In this document: positions 55,393 to 64,000 of the stretch, piece after piece
How the letters are laid out: each line of letters begins with the position of its first letter
Numbering within the stretch: the first letter of the stretch is position 1
Assembly (NCBI GenBank): GCA_965228735.1
Contig: OZ245838.1
Coordinates: 4,192,001-4,256,000 of the forward strand
Origin: Planctomycetota bacterium
Lineage (GTDB): Bacteria; Planctomycetota; UBA1135; UBA2386
Reading direction: 5' to 3'
DNA: 64,000 bases
The notes under the pieces: model-generated
Seen by the model: only the letters and a program-made list of their open reading frames with translations
What the model was told of the DNA's origin: nothing
The model's database searches: none
Program-made: the position numbers and the translations under genes

Positions 55393-56813
55393 CCTTCGGC
55401 TCCTTCCGCTTGCTGGGGCACGGCCGCATCGCCGGCCGCCAGGGATTCGGCCGGCGGCACGACCGCGAGGATCTCTGCTCGCAACGCAGCCAGATCGTCG
55501 AGGTCGGCCGCGAGTTTGCTGCGCAATCGTTCATCCGCGTCGTCCTGCTGCGCCCAGATCGCAGCTGCGCCGGCGTACCCCGCGCGCTTCGGATCGCGCC
55601 GTAACCCGAGGCGCACGAAGTCGTCGAGGCCGAACACCGGGCCGGGCCAGACGGCCGCGTGCACGAGCTGCGCGCGCAGGTCGACGAAGCGCGCCTCGAG
55701 ATCGGCAGTCGCCTCACGCTCGAACGCGTGCGTCTCGTACCAACGCGGCAGCGCGGACCCGAAGTGCAGGATCGGCGCGCGGGGCGGCAGACCCTCGACG
55801 AGCCGCTGGAACGCGAACCACTCGTCGTCCTGCGACATCGCGCGCTCGAATCGCAGCTCGCCGGCCGTAGTCGCGGGTCGCAGAAGCCCGAACGCGAGCA
55901 CGCGATCGGCGAACGGATCGGCGAGCAGGTGCACGATCGCGCCCTTGTCGAGCGGCTTGCCGCGGGGACGCGATGCGATGACGGGCTCGCCGACCAGCCG
56001 CGCCTGCGCCGCCTTCCGCAGCTGGCGCAGCATCGCGGGATCGAGGTTGCCGCGCTGCCGCGCACCGTCCGGCTGCAGTTTCGCGAGGTCTTCGACCGTG
56101 CGACAACCGAGGTCGTTGAGAATCGCGTGCGCGCCGCGACTCATGCCCTGCACGAGGGAGAGATCCGAGCGGCGTTCGAGTTCGGGCAGGCAGCGGTGAT
56201 CGTGGTAGCAGCTCGAACACCCCCATTGGAAGAACGGCTGCGCCGCGTCCATGTCGTCACGCAGCTGCCGCAACGTCTCGACGACCTCGCGACACGCCGC
56301 GTCGTAGTCGCGGATGCGGAACCGCTCCTCGCTGCCGTCCTTGAGGACGAGCGCGCCGAACTCGGGAACGCGTTCCTGCAGTTCGCCGAGGAGCTGCGCG
56401 TAGAACACGACCTGCAGGATCTGATCGCCGCGCGAGCGGCCCGACGTCTTGACGTCGACGACCTCGTAGTGGTGCTCGCCGAGCGCCGAGCTCCCCGGCA
56501 GCTTGCGCAGCAGGTCGGGCAGACCGAGTCGGTCCTCGCTCATGAGCACCCCCTGGTGCACCATCGTGTCGCCGTCCTGCAGCATCTGCAGCGTCGCGGC
56601 AGCACCCGCTTCGAAGTCGCGTTCGGGATAGACCGGCGCGGCCACGCCGAGCGCCGCGACGTACTCGTCCTCGAAGTCACGACCGCGCTGCGCGGCGAAC
56701 TCCTCCCACTCGGTCGGCGGCCGCCGTTCCTGGCGCGACAGGTGCAGATCGAGCGCGGCGAGCCGCGGGCACTTCACGTAGGAATAGACGTGGGTGGCCG
56801 TGATCCGCCGCAT
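55389..56813 (-). CDS. TM0106-family RecB-like (PD-(D/E)XK) nuclease with predicted Fe-S staple
   Basis: ITATHVYSYVKCPR, GLPDLL, YEVVDVK, QVVFYA, CSSCYHDHRC, DLSLVQGM; degenerate C-terminal RNase H-like domain. Confidence 0.88.
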   Translation of the reverse strand: MRRITATHVYSYVKCPRLAALDLHLSRQERRPPTEWEEFAAQRGRDFEDEYVAALGVAAPVYPERDFEAGAAATLQMLQDGDTMVHQGVLMSEDRLGLPDLLRKLPGSSALGEHHYEVVDVKTSGRSRGDQILQVVFYAQLLGELQERVPEFGALVLKDGSEERFRIRDYDAACREVVETLRQLRDDMDAAQPFFQWGCSSCYHDHRCLPELERRSDLSLVQGMSRGAHAILNDLGCRTVEDLAKLQPDGARQRGNLDPAMLRQLRKAAQARLVGEPVIASRPRGKPLDKGAIVHLLADPFADRVLAFGLLRPATTAGELRFERAMSQDDEWFAFQRLVEGLPPRAPILHFGSALPRWYETHAFEREATADLEARFVDLRAQLVHAAVWPGPVFGLDDFVRLGLRRDPKRAGYAGAAAIWAQQDDADERLRSKLAADLDDLAALRAEILAVVPPAESLAAGDAAVPQQAEGAEG

Positions 56814-56851
56814 CGGAGAAACGGTAACGACGCGCACCGCCGACCGCGATG

Positions 56852-56968
56852 GTGGCGGTACTGAACCCGCTTCGAATCCGCCACAGGCAAAGCAACCCAT
56901 CCAACCGCAGGAACGCAGATTGCGCTGGTAGGCCGGTGGCGGATTCGAAGCGGGTTCGGTACCGCCAC
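56852..56968. repeat. REP doublet / REPIN-like 117-bp element, copy 3
   Basis: Arms 56852-56884 and 56936-56968; 51-nt spacer sharing CGTTCCTGCGGTTGGATGG (inverted) with copy 2. Confidence 0.9.
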
Positions 56969-58935
56969 TATTCCAGCGGGCTGATCCGGACCAGGCAGTC
57001 GAGATACGCTGCGCCGAGACCGAGGTCGGTCGCGCGCGCCGGGATCAGGGCGTTGGCGCTGTGGCCGGTCCCGAAGTGGCCGCCCTTGGGCATGATCGCG
57101 ACGTCGGGGCGCTGGTTGTCATCGAACTGCAGTTCGGCCTCGATCGCACTGATCGAGCTCTCGACCCGGACGATGGTGCCGGCGGCGAGACCCGGAACGG
57201 CGTCGGGATGCACGAGCACCCACGACCGCTCGCCGAGTCCGCGCCCGGCCCACTGCGACGCCTGACTCTTCGCCGTCGAGTTCGAGAACAGCCATAGCTG
57301 CCGGCTCGCGCCCGGCCGCTCCGGCACGCACCCGACGACGGGCTCGGGCGGCGCCTCGGTCAACAGCTGGACCTTGCCGTTCGGTGTCAGCACCCGCCCG
57401 TTCGCGAACAGCTGGCGCTCGGCGACGGGACTCTTCACCGCAGTGTTGCCGCGCAGCTCCGCGAGACTGGCGCCGCGGTCGGAGACGCGGCGCAGCGCCC
57501 GTTCCTTGAGCTGGTCGATCGAGTCGCGCGGAACGTCGTCGAGCCCGAGCCGGTCCGCGAGCCGCTGAAAGATGACGGGTTCGGGCAGCACACCAGCTGG
57601 CGCGTCGACGACCGGCCGCGACTCCGCGAGGAAGTGGTGCCCGTACGAACCGAGCACGTCGTCGTCCTCGAGCAGCGTCGGCACCGGCAACACGACGTCC
57701 GCGAGCTCCGCGGTCTCCGTCATCAGGCAATCGACGACGACGACGAACTCGGTCTGCTCGAGCGCGCGCTGCACCGTCGCCGAGTCGGGGAGCATCGCGA
57801 CCGGGTTGCCGGCCGTGACCCAGACGCACCGCACCTGCGGATCCGTCGCCGCGAGCAGGTCGGCGCCGAGCAGCGGCTCCCGGATCGTGCGCGGCGGCGG
57901 CGGCGCGGGCTCGTCCCCGCCGAGCGGCGCGAACGCCTTACGGCGCGCGAAGTAGAACGACACGCCGCCACCGGTGCGGAAAAGGTTGCCGGAGATCGCC
58001 GCGAGCGCATCGAGCGCGCGCACGATCGCCCCGCCGCGCTGCCGCCGCTGCATGCCCCAACCGACGAGGATCGCCGCCGCGGCACCGGCCTCGGGGCCCG
58101 CCGCGAACTCGGCGGCGAGGTCACGGAGATCCGCCTCCGCGACGTCGGCGAGCGCCGCCCACCCGGTCACGGAACGTGCCGTCGCGAGCCCTTCGAACTC
58201 GTCGTAGCCGTCGCAGAACCCGCGCGCGGCCGGATCGACCGCGCCGGCCTCGAACAGCACCGCGGCCACCCCGAGCGCCAACTCGAAGTCGCGCCCGGGT
58301 GCCGGCTGCAGCACGCGATCGCTGAGCCCGACGGACTTGTGGTGCACGGGATCGATGAGCCACACCCGCGCGCCGTTCTGCCGCGCCTGCTTGAGCACGG
58401 GCACGAGGTGCACGCTGCTGATCGTCGGGTTCTTGCCCCAGAGCACGATCGCCCGGCTGTGGTGCAGGTCGAACAGGTCGTTGCTGTCACTCGCGCCGAG
58501 ATCGAGCAGCTGCGCGGCCTCGCCCGCCCCCGAACAGATGTCCCCGACCTTGGTCGCGCACGGCCCGAAGCGGTCGAAGAACAGGTCGGCGAACTGCTTC
58601 AGGATCCCGAGCGAGCCGCCGGAACGGTAATGGAAGATCGCCGCTGGCCCGGACTCGGCCCGGATCGCCTGCAGGCGCGCGGCGATGAGGTCGAGCGCCG
58701 CGTCCCAACTCGCCGGCTCGAGGCGGCCATCCCGGCGCACGAGCGGCTGCCGAATCCGCCGCTCTGCAGCGAGTTCGGGAAATCGGCTCGTGCGGTAGCA
58801 CAAAAAACCGCGCGTCACCGGATGGTCGGGATCGCCGCGAAGGGCAGTCACCTGGCCGTCCTCGACGGTCGCGAGGATCGCGCACGCGTCGGGGCAGTCG
58901 CGGTTGCAGGTCGTGCGCCGGACGTCGATCGCCAT
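56968..58935 (-). CDS. Molybdopterin-dependent oxidoreductase (DMSO reductase superfamily)
   Basis: N-terminal 4Fe-4S motif TTCNRDCPDAC...GFLC, SWDAALD, WGKNP, TETAELADVVLP, C-terminal molybdopterin dinucleotide-binding domain. Confidence 0.93.
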   Translation of the reverse strand: MAIDVRRTTCNRDCPDACAILATVEDGQVTALRGDPDHPVTRGFLCYRTSRFPELAAERRIRQPLVRRDGRLEPASWDAALDLIAARLQAIRAESGPAAIFHYRSGGSLGILKQFADLFFDRFGPCATKVGDICSGAGEAAQLLDLGASDSNDLFDLHHSRAIVLWGKNPTISSVHLVPVLKQARQNGARVWLIDPVHHKSVGLSDRVLQPAPGRDFELALGVAAVLFEAGAVDPAARGFCDGYDEFEGLATARSVTGWAALADVAEADLRDLAAEFAAGPEAGAAAAILVGWGMQRRQRGGAIVRALDALAAISGNLFRTGGGVSFYFARRKAFAPLGGDEPAPPPPRTIREPLLGADLLAATDPQVRCVWVTAGNPVAMLPDSATVQRALEQTEFVVVVDCLMTETAELADVVLPVPTLLEDDDVLGSYGHHFLAESRPVVDAPAGVLPEPVIFQRLADRLGLDDVPRDSIDQLKERALRRVSDRGASLAELRGNTAVKSPVAERQLFANGRVLTPNGKVQLLTEAPPEPVVGCVPERPGASRQLWLFSNSTAKSQASQWAGRGLGERSWVLVHPDAVPGLAAGTIVRVESSISAIEAELQFDDNQRPDVAIMPKGGHFGTGHSANALIPARATDLGLGAAYLDCLVRISPLE

Positions 58936-59350
58936 GAGTAGCAGCAGAGCGGGCCGTGCCGCCGTGCGGAAGCCGCAAGTCTAGCCTGACCAGCACAATA
59001 CGGCCAAGCGGCATACGCATCCGGTACACCAGAGGGACGGGTTTTCCCGTAGTTCGCGCCCTCTCGCCGCGCACCGAAGCCGCTCTCAACATGGACCACA
59101 ACGGTGCAGCTAGCTGCCAGAAAGAGGGTTGCTCCATCTCTTGACGCATTCTCCACAACCCTAACAAACGTTCGGTGGCATGGGGTTTTTCTCGACGTTC
59201 GCGTTTGACCCGACCCTGGCCGTGTGATCCCTTGCGCGCCGGTCACCTTCCCCGCGGTGGCTCCTTTTCACGTCCTTACACCGAGCAGACACCAACGCCG
59301 CCGCGGATTGGCTGACCAGACATCCCAATCAGGGAGGAGACCTGACTAGC

Positions 59351-60568
59351 ATGACCAAGATCGTCAACAGCCTTCTGGCCTTCGCGGCTTCGTCCTCCGT
59401 CCTTCTGGCCCAGGGCGGCTGGACGGCAACCCCGGGCATGGGCGTCGCGTTCGACGGGGGAGACGCCTACGGGCTCAACCTCACGAACTGGCTCAAGACC
59501 CAGTGGACCTACACGGGTGGCGACGTCGCCACCGACACGAGTTCGTTCGGCGTGCGCGCGGCCCGCGCCCGCATCACCGGCCACGTCTTCAAGAGGGGCA
59601 TCCGCTACCGCTTCATCGTCGACGGCACGGACGACGGCCTCAACGGCCGCGCCGGCGCCCTGAAGGACGCCCTGGCGTTCTGGGACTTCATCGACGGCGA
59701 CAACGGCACGGTCACGCTGCGTGTCGGTGAGGGTAAGACCCTCTTCGGCCTCGAAGCCACGTCCGAGCTCTACGGCCTGTTCTTCGTCGACCGGTCGAAC
59801 GCCGCGCGCGGCTTCTCGACGGGTCGTTCGTCGGGTGCGTGGGTGCAGGGCGCCCACATGGACAACCGGCTGCGCTGGGTCGCGGGTGCGTTCAACGGCA
59901 CGACCGCGGGCGGCAGCACCGGCAACTTCGACGCGGGCCAGGAAGCGCCCAACACGGACAACGAGCTGAGCTACGTGTTCGGTGTCGACTTCGACATCAT
60001 GAGCGACACGACGGGCGGCGGCACCCGCGAAGACTGGACGATGGGCGACTTCCGCACCGAGGATCGTGAGCTCCAGGCCACGGTCGGCGCGGCGATCGCG
60101 ATCGAGAACGGCCGCGCGGTAACCGCCACCGACATCGACACGACGTCGATCAACATCAACGGCGCAGTCAGCGTCGAGGGCTTCCAGGTCCTCGGTGAGG
60201 TCTTCCTGCGCACGGACGACCTCGACGGCGCGGCCGCCGACGAGGAGGAGTCGATGGGCTGGTCGGTCCAGGGCACCTACGTGCTGCCGCAGAGCGGCGA
60301 CTCGTCGATCCAGTGGGGCTTCGGCGTCCGCGTCGGCATGGTCGAGTCGGACGTCGGCGACAACGCCGCGGTCAACTTCATCGGCGGCCTGCCGGGCATC
60401 GGCGCCGTGGACGGCGACGCGACCGAGATCTCGCTCGTCGCGAACGCGTTCTACCACGGCCACTCGGCCAAGACGCAGCTCGAGTACACCCTGCAGCAGG
60501 TCAGCCCGACCGGCGGCACGGAGCTCGACAACCACATCGTCCAGGTCGCGTTCCAGCTGCTGTTCTGA
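59351..60568 (+). CDS. Outer-membrane porin (OprO/OprP-like)
   Basis: GGAGG RBS, signal peptide, FGVRAARARITG, LKDA, LFFVDRS, C-terminal VAFQLLF. Confidence 0.85.
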   Translation: MTKIVNSLLAFAASSSVLLAQGGWTATPGMGVAFDGGDAYGLNLTNWLKTQWTYTGGDVATDTSSFGVRAARARITGHVFKRGIRYRFIVDGTDDGLNGRAGALKDALAFWDFIDGDNGTVTLRVGEGKTLFGLEATSELYGLFFVDRSNAARGFSTGRSSGAWVQGAHMDNRLRWVAGAFNGTTAGGSTGNFDAGQEAPNTDNELSYVFGVDFDIMSDTTGGGTREDWTMGDFRTEDRELQATVGAAIAIENGRAVTATDIDTTSININGAVSVEGFQVLGEVFLRTDDLDGAAADEEESMGWSVQGTYVLPQSGDSSIQWGFGVRVGMVESDVGDNAAVNFIGGLPGIGAVDGDATEISLVANAFYHGHSAKTQLEYTLQQVSPTGGTELDNHIVQVAFQLLF

Positions 60569-60605
60569 GACAGCGTCGCCTGCTCCGCAGGCCTCGACAC
60601 ACGCG

Positions 60606-60633
60606 ACGAGGCGGGCACCAGCCCGCCTCGTTT
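60606..60633 (+). terminator. Probable intrinsic terminator after the porin
   Basis: Stem ACGAGGCGGGC-acca-GCCCGCCTCGT followed by a short T run. Confidence 0.6.
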
Positions 60634-60659
60634 GCTGTACGGTCCGCTCGATGGTTCTG

Positions 60660-61667
60660 ATGAACGAGCCCTTCGACCACGTCGTGCTCGGCGCCGGCCT
60701 CACCGGACTGCGCCACGCGCTGACGTGGCGCCGCGCGCACCCCGACGGGCGATTGCTCGTCGTCGAACGCGCGCCCCGACCCGGCGGCGACGTGCAGACC
60801 CAGCGCAGCAACGGGTTCGTGTGTGAGCTCGGGCCGTTCGCGTTCGTCGACGCCGAGATCCGGCCGCTGCTGGGCGCGCTCGCACGCCCCCCGGCCATCG
60901 TGACCTCGACGAGCGACCGTGGCTTCGTCCACGACGGCAGCGCCCTCCGCGACTGCCCGGTCGAGCCGACCCCGGTGAGCTTCGCCAGCGGCTGCGAGGA
61001 GATCGTCCAGGCGGCCCGACGCGAGCTCACCGATGCGCTCCTGCTGGGCCGCGAGGCCGCCGCTTTCACCGCGACCGATGCCGGGTTCGAGGTCGAGCTC
61101 GGCGGCGAAGCGCCGGCGACCCTGACGACCGGGTACCTGACCGTGGCCGTCCCGGGGCGGGACGCGCTGCGGTTGCTCGCGCCGTTCGACCACACCCTGC
61201 CGGCGCTGCACGAGCAGCTCGTCACCGAGCCGCGCGCGTTCGTGTTCCTCGGCGGCCTCGCGTCGGACTGCGAGGCGCTGACGGGCTACGGCATCGTGCC
61301 GACGGTCGCGGCGCGCCCGGACGGCGCTGAACCGGACGGTTCGAGACCAGCCAATGCGCGACCGAATCGGGCGACGGTCGAGGTCATCCACTGCTCGAAC
61401 GCGTTTCCGCGCCGCTGCCTGCCGGATCGCTTCCTCGCCCGCAGCGAGCTCGCGGGCACCGCGGTCCGCGAACTCGACGACGACGGACTGGCCGCCCGCG
61501 CCACGGCCGACCTGCAGGCCCTCACCGGGCACGCGGTGCCGTTCGGATTCACCAAGGTGCACCGCTTCGACATCGTCGCGCCCGATGCAGCGGATGCGAC
61601 CCGCGCCGAACTGCGCACCCGCCTGCGCTCGATCGCGGACCAGGTGCCCGGGCTGACGATCGCCTGA
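60660..61667 (+). CDS. Shortened HemY/protoporphyrinogen oxidase-like FAD protein
   Basis: VLGAGLTGL, ERAPRPGG.VQT...GFVCELGP, SFASG, GYGIV, SNAFPRR; only about 335 aa. Start 60651 or 60660. Confidence 0.7.
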   Translation: MNEPFDHVVLGAGLTGLRHALTWRRAHPDGRLLVVERAPRPGGDVQTQRSNGFVCELGPFAFVDAEIRPLLGALARPPAIVTSTSDRGFVHDGSALRDCPVEPTPVSFASGCEEIVQAARRELTDALLLGREAAAFTATDAGFEVELGGEAPATLTTGYLTVAVPGRDALRLLAPFDHTLPALHEQLVTEPRAFVFLGGLASDCEALTGYGIVPTVAARPDGAEPDGSRPANARPNRATVEVIHCSNAFPRRCLPDRFLARSELAGTAVRELDDDGLAARATADLQALTGHAVPFGFTKVHRFDIVAPDAADATRAELRTRLRSIADQVPGLTIA

Positions 61668-61719
61668 CCGCGCGGGCTTCCGCTGGCGACCGATCGCGCG
61701 AAGCGGGAAGATCCGGGCC

Positions 61720-62256
61720 ATGCAATCCAAGGCCAAGACCGTCGATCAATACCTCGCCAGCCTGCCGGCCGATCGGCGCGACGCGCTCGAACGGATCCGC
61801 GCGGTGTTCCGGAAGAACGTCGACAAGCGGCTCATGGAGCACATGGCCTACGGCATGCCGGGCTACTCGGTGCCGCTCGAGATCTACCCGCCGGGGTATC
61901 ACTGCTCGCCGAACACGCCGCTGCCGTTCGCCGGCTTCGCGTCGCAGAAGAACCACATGTCGCTCTACCTGTTCTGCATGTACATGGACGGCGACGACAT
62001 GAAGGAGTTCCAGGCCGCGTGGCAGAAGGCCGGCAAGCCGCTGGACATGGGCAAGTCGTGCGTGCGCTTCAAGCGGATCGACGACGTGCCGCTCGACGTG
62101 CTCGGCAAGACGATCAAGAAGATCACGCTCGAACGCTTCCTCGGCGTCTACGAGCAGTCGCGGGCGGAGGAAGCCGCGCGCAAGGCGGGCCAGAAGCCCG
62201 CCCGCAAGGCCGCCGCGAAGAAGGCCGCCGCGACGAAGAAGGCGGCCAAGAAATAG
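61720..62256 (+). CDS. DUF1801 domain protein with Lys/Ala-rich tail
   Basis: TVDQYLASLPADRR, YGMPGYSVP..YPPGYHC, ASQKNHMSLY, DMGKSCVRFK. Confidence 0.88.
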   Translation: MQSKAKTVDQYLASLPADRRDALERIRAVFRKNVDKRLMEHMAYGMPGYSVPLEIYPPGYHCSPNTPLPFAGFASQKNHMSLYLFCMYMDGDDMKEFQAAWQKAGKPLDMGKSCVRFKRIDDVPLDVLGKTIKKITLERFLGVYEQSRAEEAARKAGQKPARKAAAKKAAATKKAAKK

Positions 62257-62291
62257 CCGCCGCGGCAATGCGCCGGCGGCCGCGAAGCGCG

Positions 62292-63350
62292 CTACTTCGG
62301 CAGCGTCGGCTTCTCGAACGGCACGCCGCCGTTCAGGCTCTCGAGGAACGCCACGAGCTGATCGATCTCGGCGTCGCTGAGATTGCGGTTCATCAGCAGC
62401 GGGTCCTTGTTGGGGTTGTCGATCCCGCCGCTCGCCATCAGCTTCACCGCCTCACGCAGCGTCGCGACGCTGCCGTCGTGGAAGTACGGCGCGGTGCGCG
62501 CGACCTCTCGCAGCGTCGGCGTCTTGAACGCGCCCTTCTTGGTGTCGTCGATCTTGCCGCGGCCGAGGTCGGGATTCTCCGCGTCCATGCCGATGCCGGC
62601 GTTGTGGTAGATCATGTCCGTGAACAGCGGCATCGAGTGACACGTCACGCAGCCGGCCTTCCCGACGAACAGGTTGAAGCCCTTCGCCGCCTCTTCGCTG
62701 AGCGGGTTCGCCGTGCCGTCCGCGGCGAACTTGTCGTAGGCCGAGTTGCCCGACCGCAGACCGCGGAGGAACGACGCGAGCGCCTTGACGATCGTGTCCT
62801 CGCTCGCCGGCGCCTCGAAGGCCTTCTGGAACGCGGCCTTGTAGGCCGGCACCGCCTCGAGGCGCGAGCTCACTTCCGTCGCGTCACCCTTGCACTGGCC
62901 CGTCCACGCCGCGAGCACGACCGACTCGAGCGTCGGCTTGCGACCGTCCCAGTACCACTGCTTCTGGTAGCCGACGTTGTACATCGTCGGCGAGTTGCGC
63001 GAGTTCATCGAGCCATCGTCCTTCGGGGACAGCTTGCGCTGGTCGGTGAACGCGTGCTCCGGCAGGTGGCACGACGAGCACGCCATGGTCCCCGACTTGC
63101 TGAGCCGCGGATCGAAGAACAGCTGCTTGCCGAGGTGATACTTCGCCTCGGTCAGCGGGTTGTCTGCCGATTCGGGCAGCGGCACGGCCTCGAGCCCGAG
63201 GGGCGCCTTGAGCGGCGACGCGCCCTGACTGTCGTTGCTCCCACCATCGCCGCTGTTGGCGGCGCCGGCTTCGGACGTGCAGGCGGAGACGAGGATCACC
63301 GCCGACGAGGCGGCAGCGAGAACGATGGAACGGAGGCGGATCGGGGTCAT
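62292..63350 (-). CDS. Di-heme cytochrome c peroxidase (CcP/MauG family) lipoprotein
   Basis: LGKQLFFDPRLS, CSSCH, RNSPT, WDGR, CVTCH, FKTPTLREVARTAPYFHDGS. Confidence 0.93.
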   Translation of the reverse strand: MTPIRLRSIVLAAASSAVILVSACTSEAGAANSGDGGSNDSQGASPLKAPLGLEAVPLPESADNPLTEAKYHLGKQLFFDPRLSKSGTMACSSCHLPEHAFTDQRKLSPKDDGSMNSRNSPTMYNVGYQKQWYWDGRKPTLESVVLAAWTGQCKGDATEVSSRLEAVPAYKAAFQKAFEAPASEDTIVKALASFLRGLRSGNSAYDKFAADGTANPLSEEAAKGFNLFVGKAGCVTCHSMPLFTDMIYHNAGIGMDAENPDLGRGKIDDTKKGAFKTPTLREVARTAPYFHDGSVATLREAVKLMASGGIDNPNKDPLLMNRNLSDAEIDQLVAFLESLNGGVPFEKPTLPK

Positions 63351-63481
63351 GTGGATGTCACGTTGGGCCCCGCACCATACCAAACCAACGTCATCCGCCA
63401 GCAGCGGCTGTCGCGGCATCGGACCCGAACATCACAAACTGCTGACGTTTCGTCACTTCGGCCGCCGTTCGGCCACGCCGC

Positions 63482-64000
63482 CTACTTGATGATCGGAACC
63501 CGCAGACGCTGCGTGCTCGTGAACTGGTTGTTGTCGATCACCCAGTCCTGGAAGTAGAGGTCGCCGGGATCGAGGAACTCGGGCAACGGGAACTGCCAGA
63601 ACGGGCGCATGCCGAACTGGAACGGCATCGTGCCGAGGAAGCCACCGCCGTTGTCGACGAGCAACCGGCAGCCGGGCGCGACCCAGGCGACGGTTACCGG
63701 CACGTCCTGGGTGGCGATCGCCACGAGCAGGAAGTGGCCGGCCGTCAGCGTCGAGTTGCCGACCTGGACGCCACAGAACTCGGCGCCGATCTGCTGCGTC
63801 CCCGCCCAGTCGATCGTCGCGGTCGAGCAGCCCAGGCCGGCCGTCGACGGCGACGGCAGCGACCAGTAGAGGCCATAGCATCCCCAGACCTGGTTGCCGT
63901 TGAACTCGTTCGTCGGCGCTGCAAAGACGTAGACGTCACCGTTCCGCGAGAAGCACGCGGCGGCCGGCGTCCGGTGGAACGGGCCGAATTGCCACACCGT
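63482..64000 (-). CDS. C-terminal part of a probable secreted protein with planctomycete-type C-terminal domain (runs off window)
   Basis: AGLGC...PGCRLLVD...FPLP...LYFQDW...TSTQRLRVPIIK. Confidence 0.65.
   Translation of the reverse strand, partial: TVWQFGPFHRTPAAACFSRNGDVYVFAAPTNEFNGNQVWGCYGLYWSLPSPSTAGLGCSTATIDWAGTQQIGAEFCGVQVGNSTLTAGHFLLVAIATQDVPVTVAWVAPGCRLLVDNGGGFLGTMPFQFGMRPFWQFPLPEFLDPGDLYFQDWVIDNNQFTSTQRLRVPIIK

Noticed and set aside
55389..56813. CRISPR-associated Cas4
   Set aside because: Shares the Fe-S/RecB motifs but has TM0106 architecture (HhH plus RNase H-like domain) and no cas1/cas2 or array
13815..56968. 33-bp palindromic repeats as a CRISPR array
   Set aside because: They occur as dispersed inverted pairs, not tandem direct repeats with unique spacers; no cas operon
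62160..62256. Repetitive AAG/GCC-rich DNA as a repeat element
   Set aside because: Encodes the Lys/Ala-rich low-complexity tail of the DUF1801 protein

Overview
High-GC bacterial chromosomal window (roughly 70% by eye). The gene content points to Planctomycetota: ECF sigma/Ser-Thr kinase pairs, a HEAT-vWA protein, a sulfatase, a prenyltransferase-repeat protein, hpnCDE and secreted proteins with a shared C-terminal domain. This taxonomic call is inference. Left to right the window holds: the end of a flagellar export/regulation cluster (fliR-flhB-flhA-flhF-flhG-orf-fliA) with four tightly coupled unknown genes, two of them lipoproteins; two tandem proteins made only of secretin N-terminal-like domains; metabolic genes and a serpin; a hipBA locus with three 14-bp operator palindromes exactly 61 bp apart, leading into a two-kinase/two-ECF-sigma cassette; a copper oxidase with a beta-barrel-like tail; ndh-2 and hpnCDE; an orphan phage-type SSB-like gene (DUF669) followed by 3x21-bp repeats; lemA, atl and ligA; a Dna2-like nuclease and helicase encoded as separate genes and bracketed by 117-bp REPIN-like elements; and finally a molybdopterin enzyme, porin, shortened HemY-like protein and di-heme peroxidase. 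No rRNA, tRNA, CRISPR array, integrase or transposase was recognised. The best candidates for undescribed biology are the shared C-terminal domain on secreted proteins, the barrel-less secretin-N proteins, the post-fliA genes, the split Dna2-like pair and the hipBA-kinase-ECF cassette.
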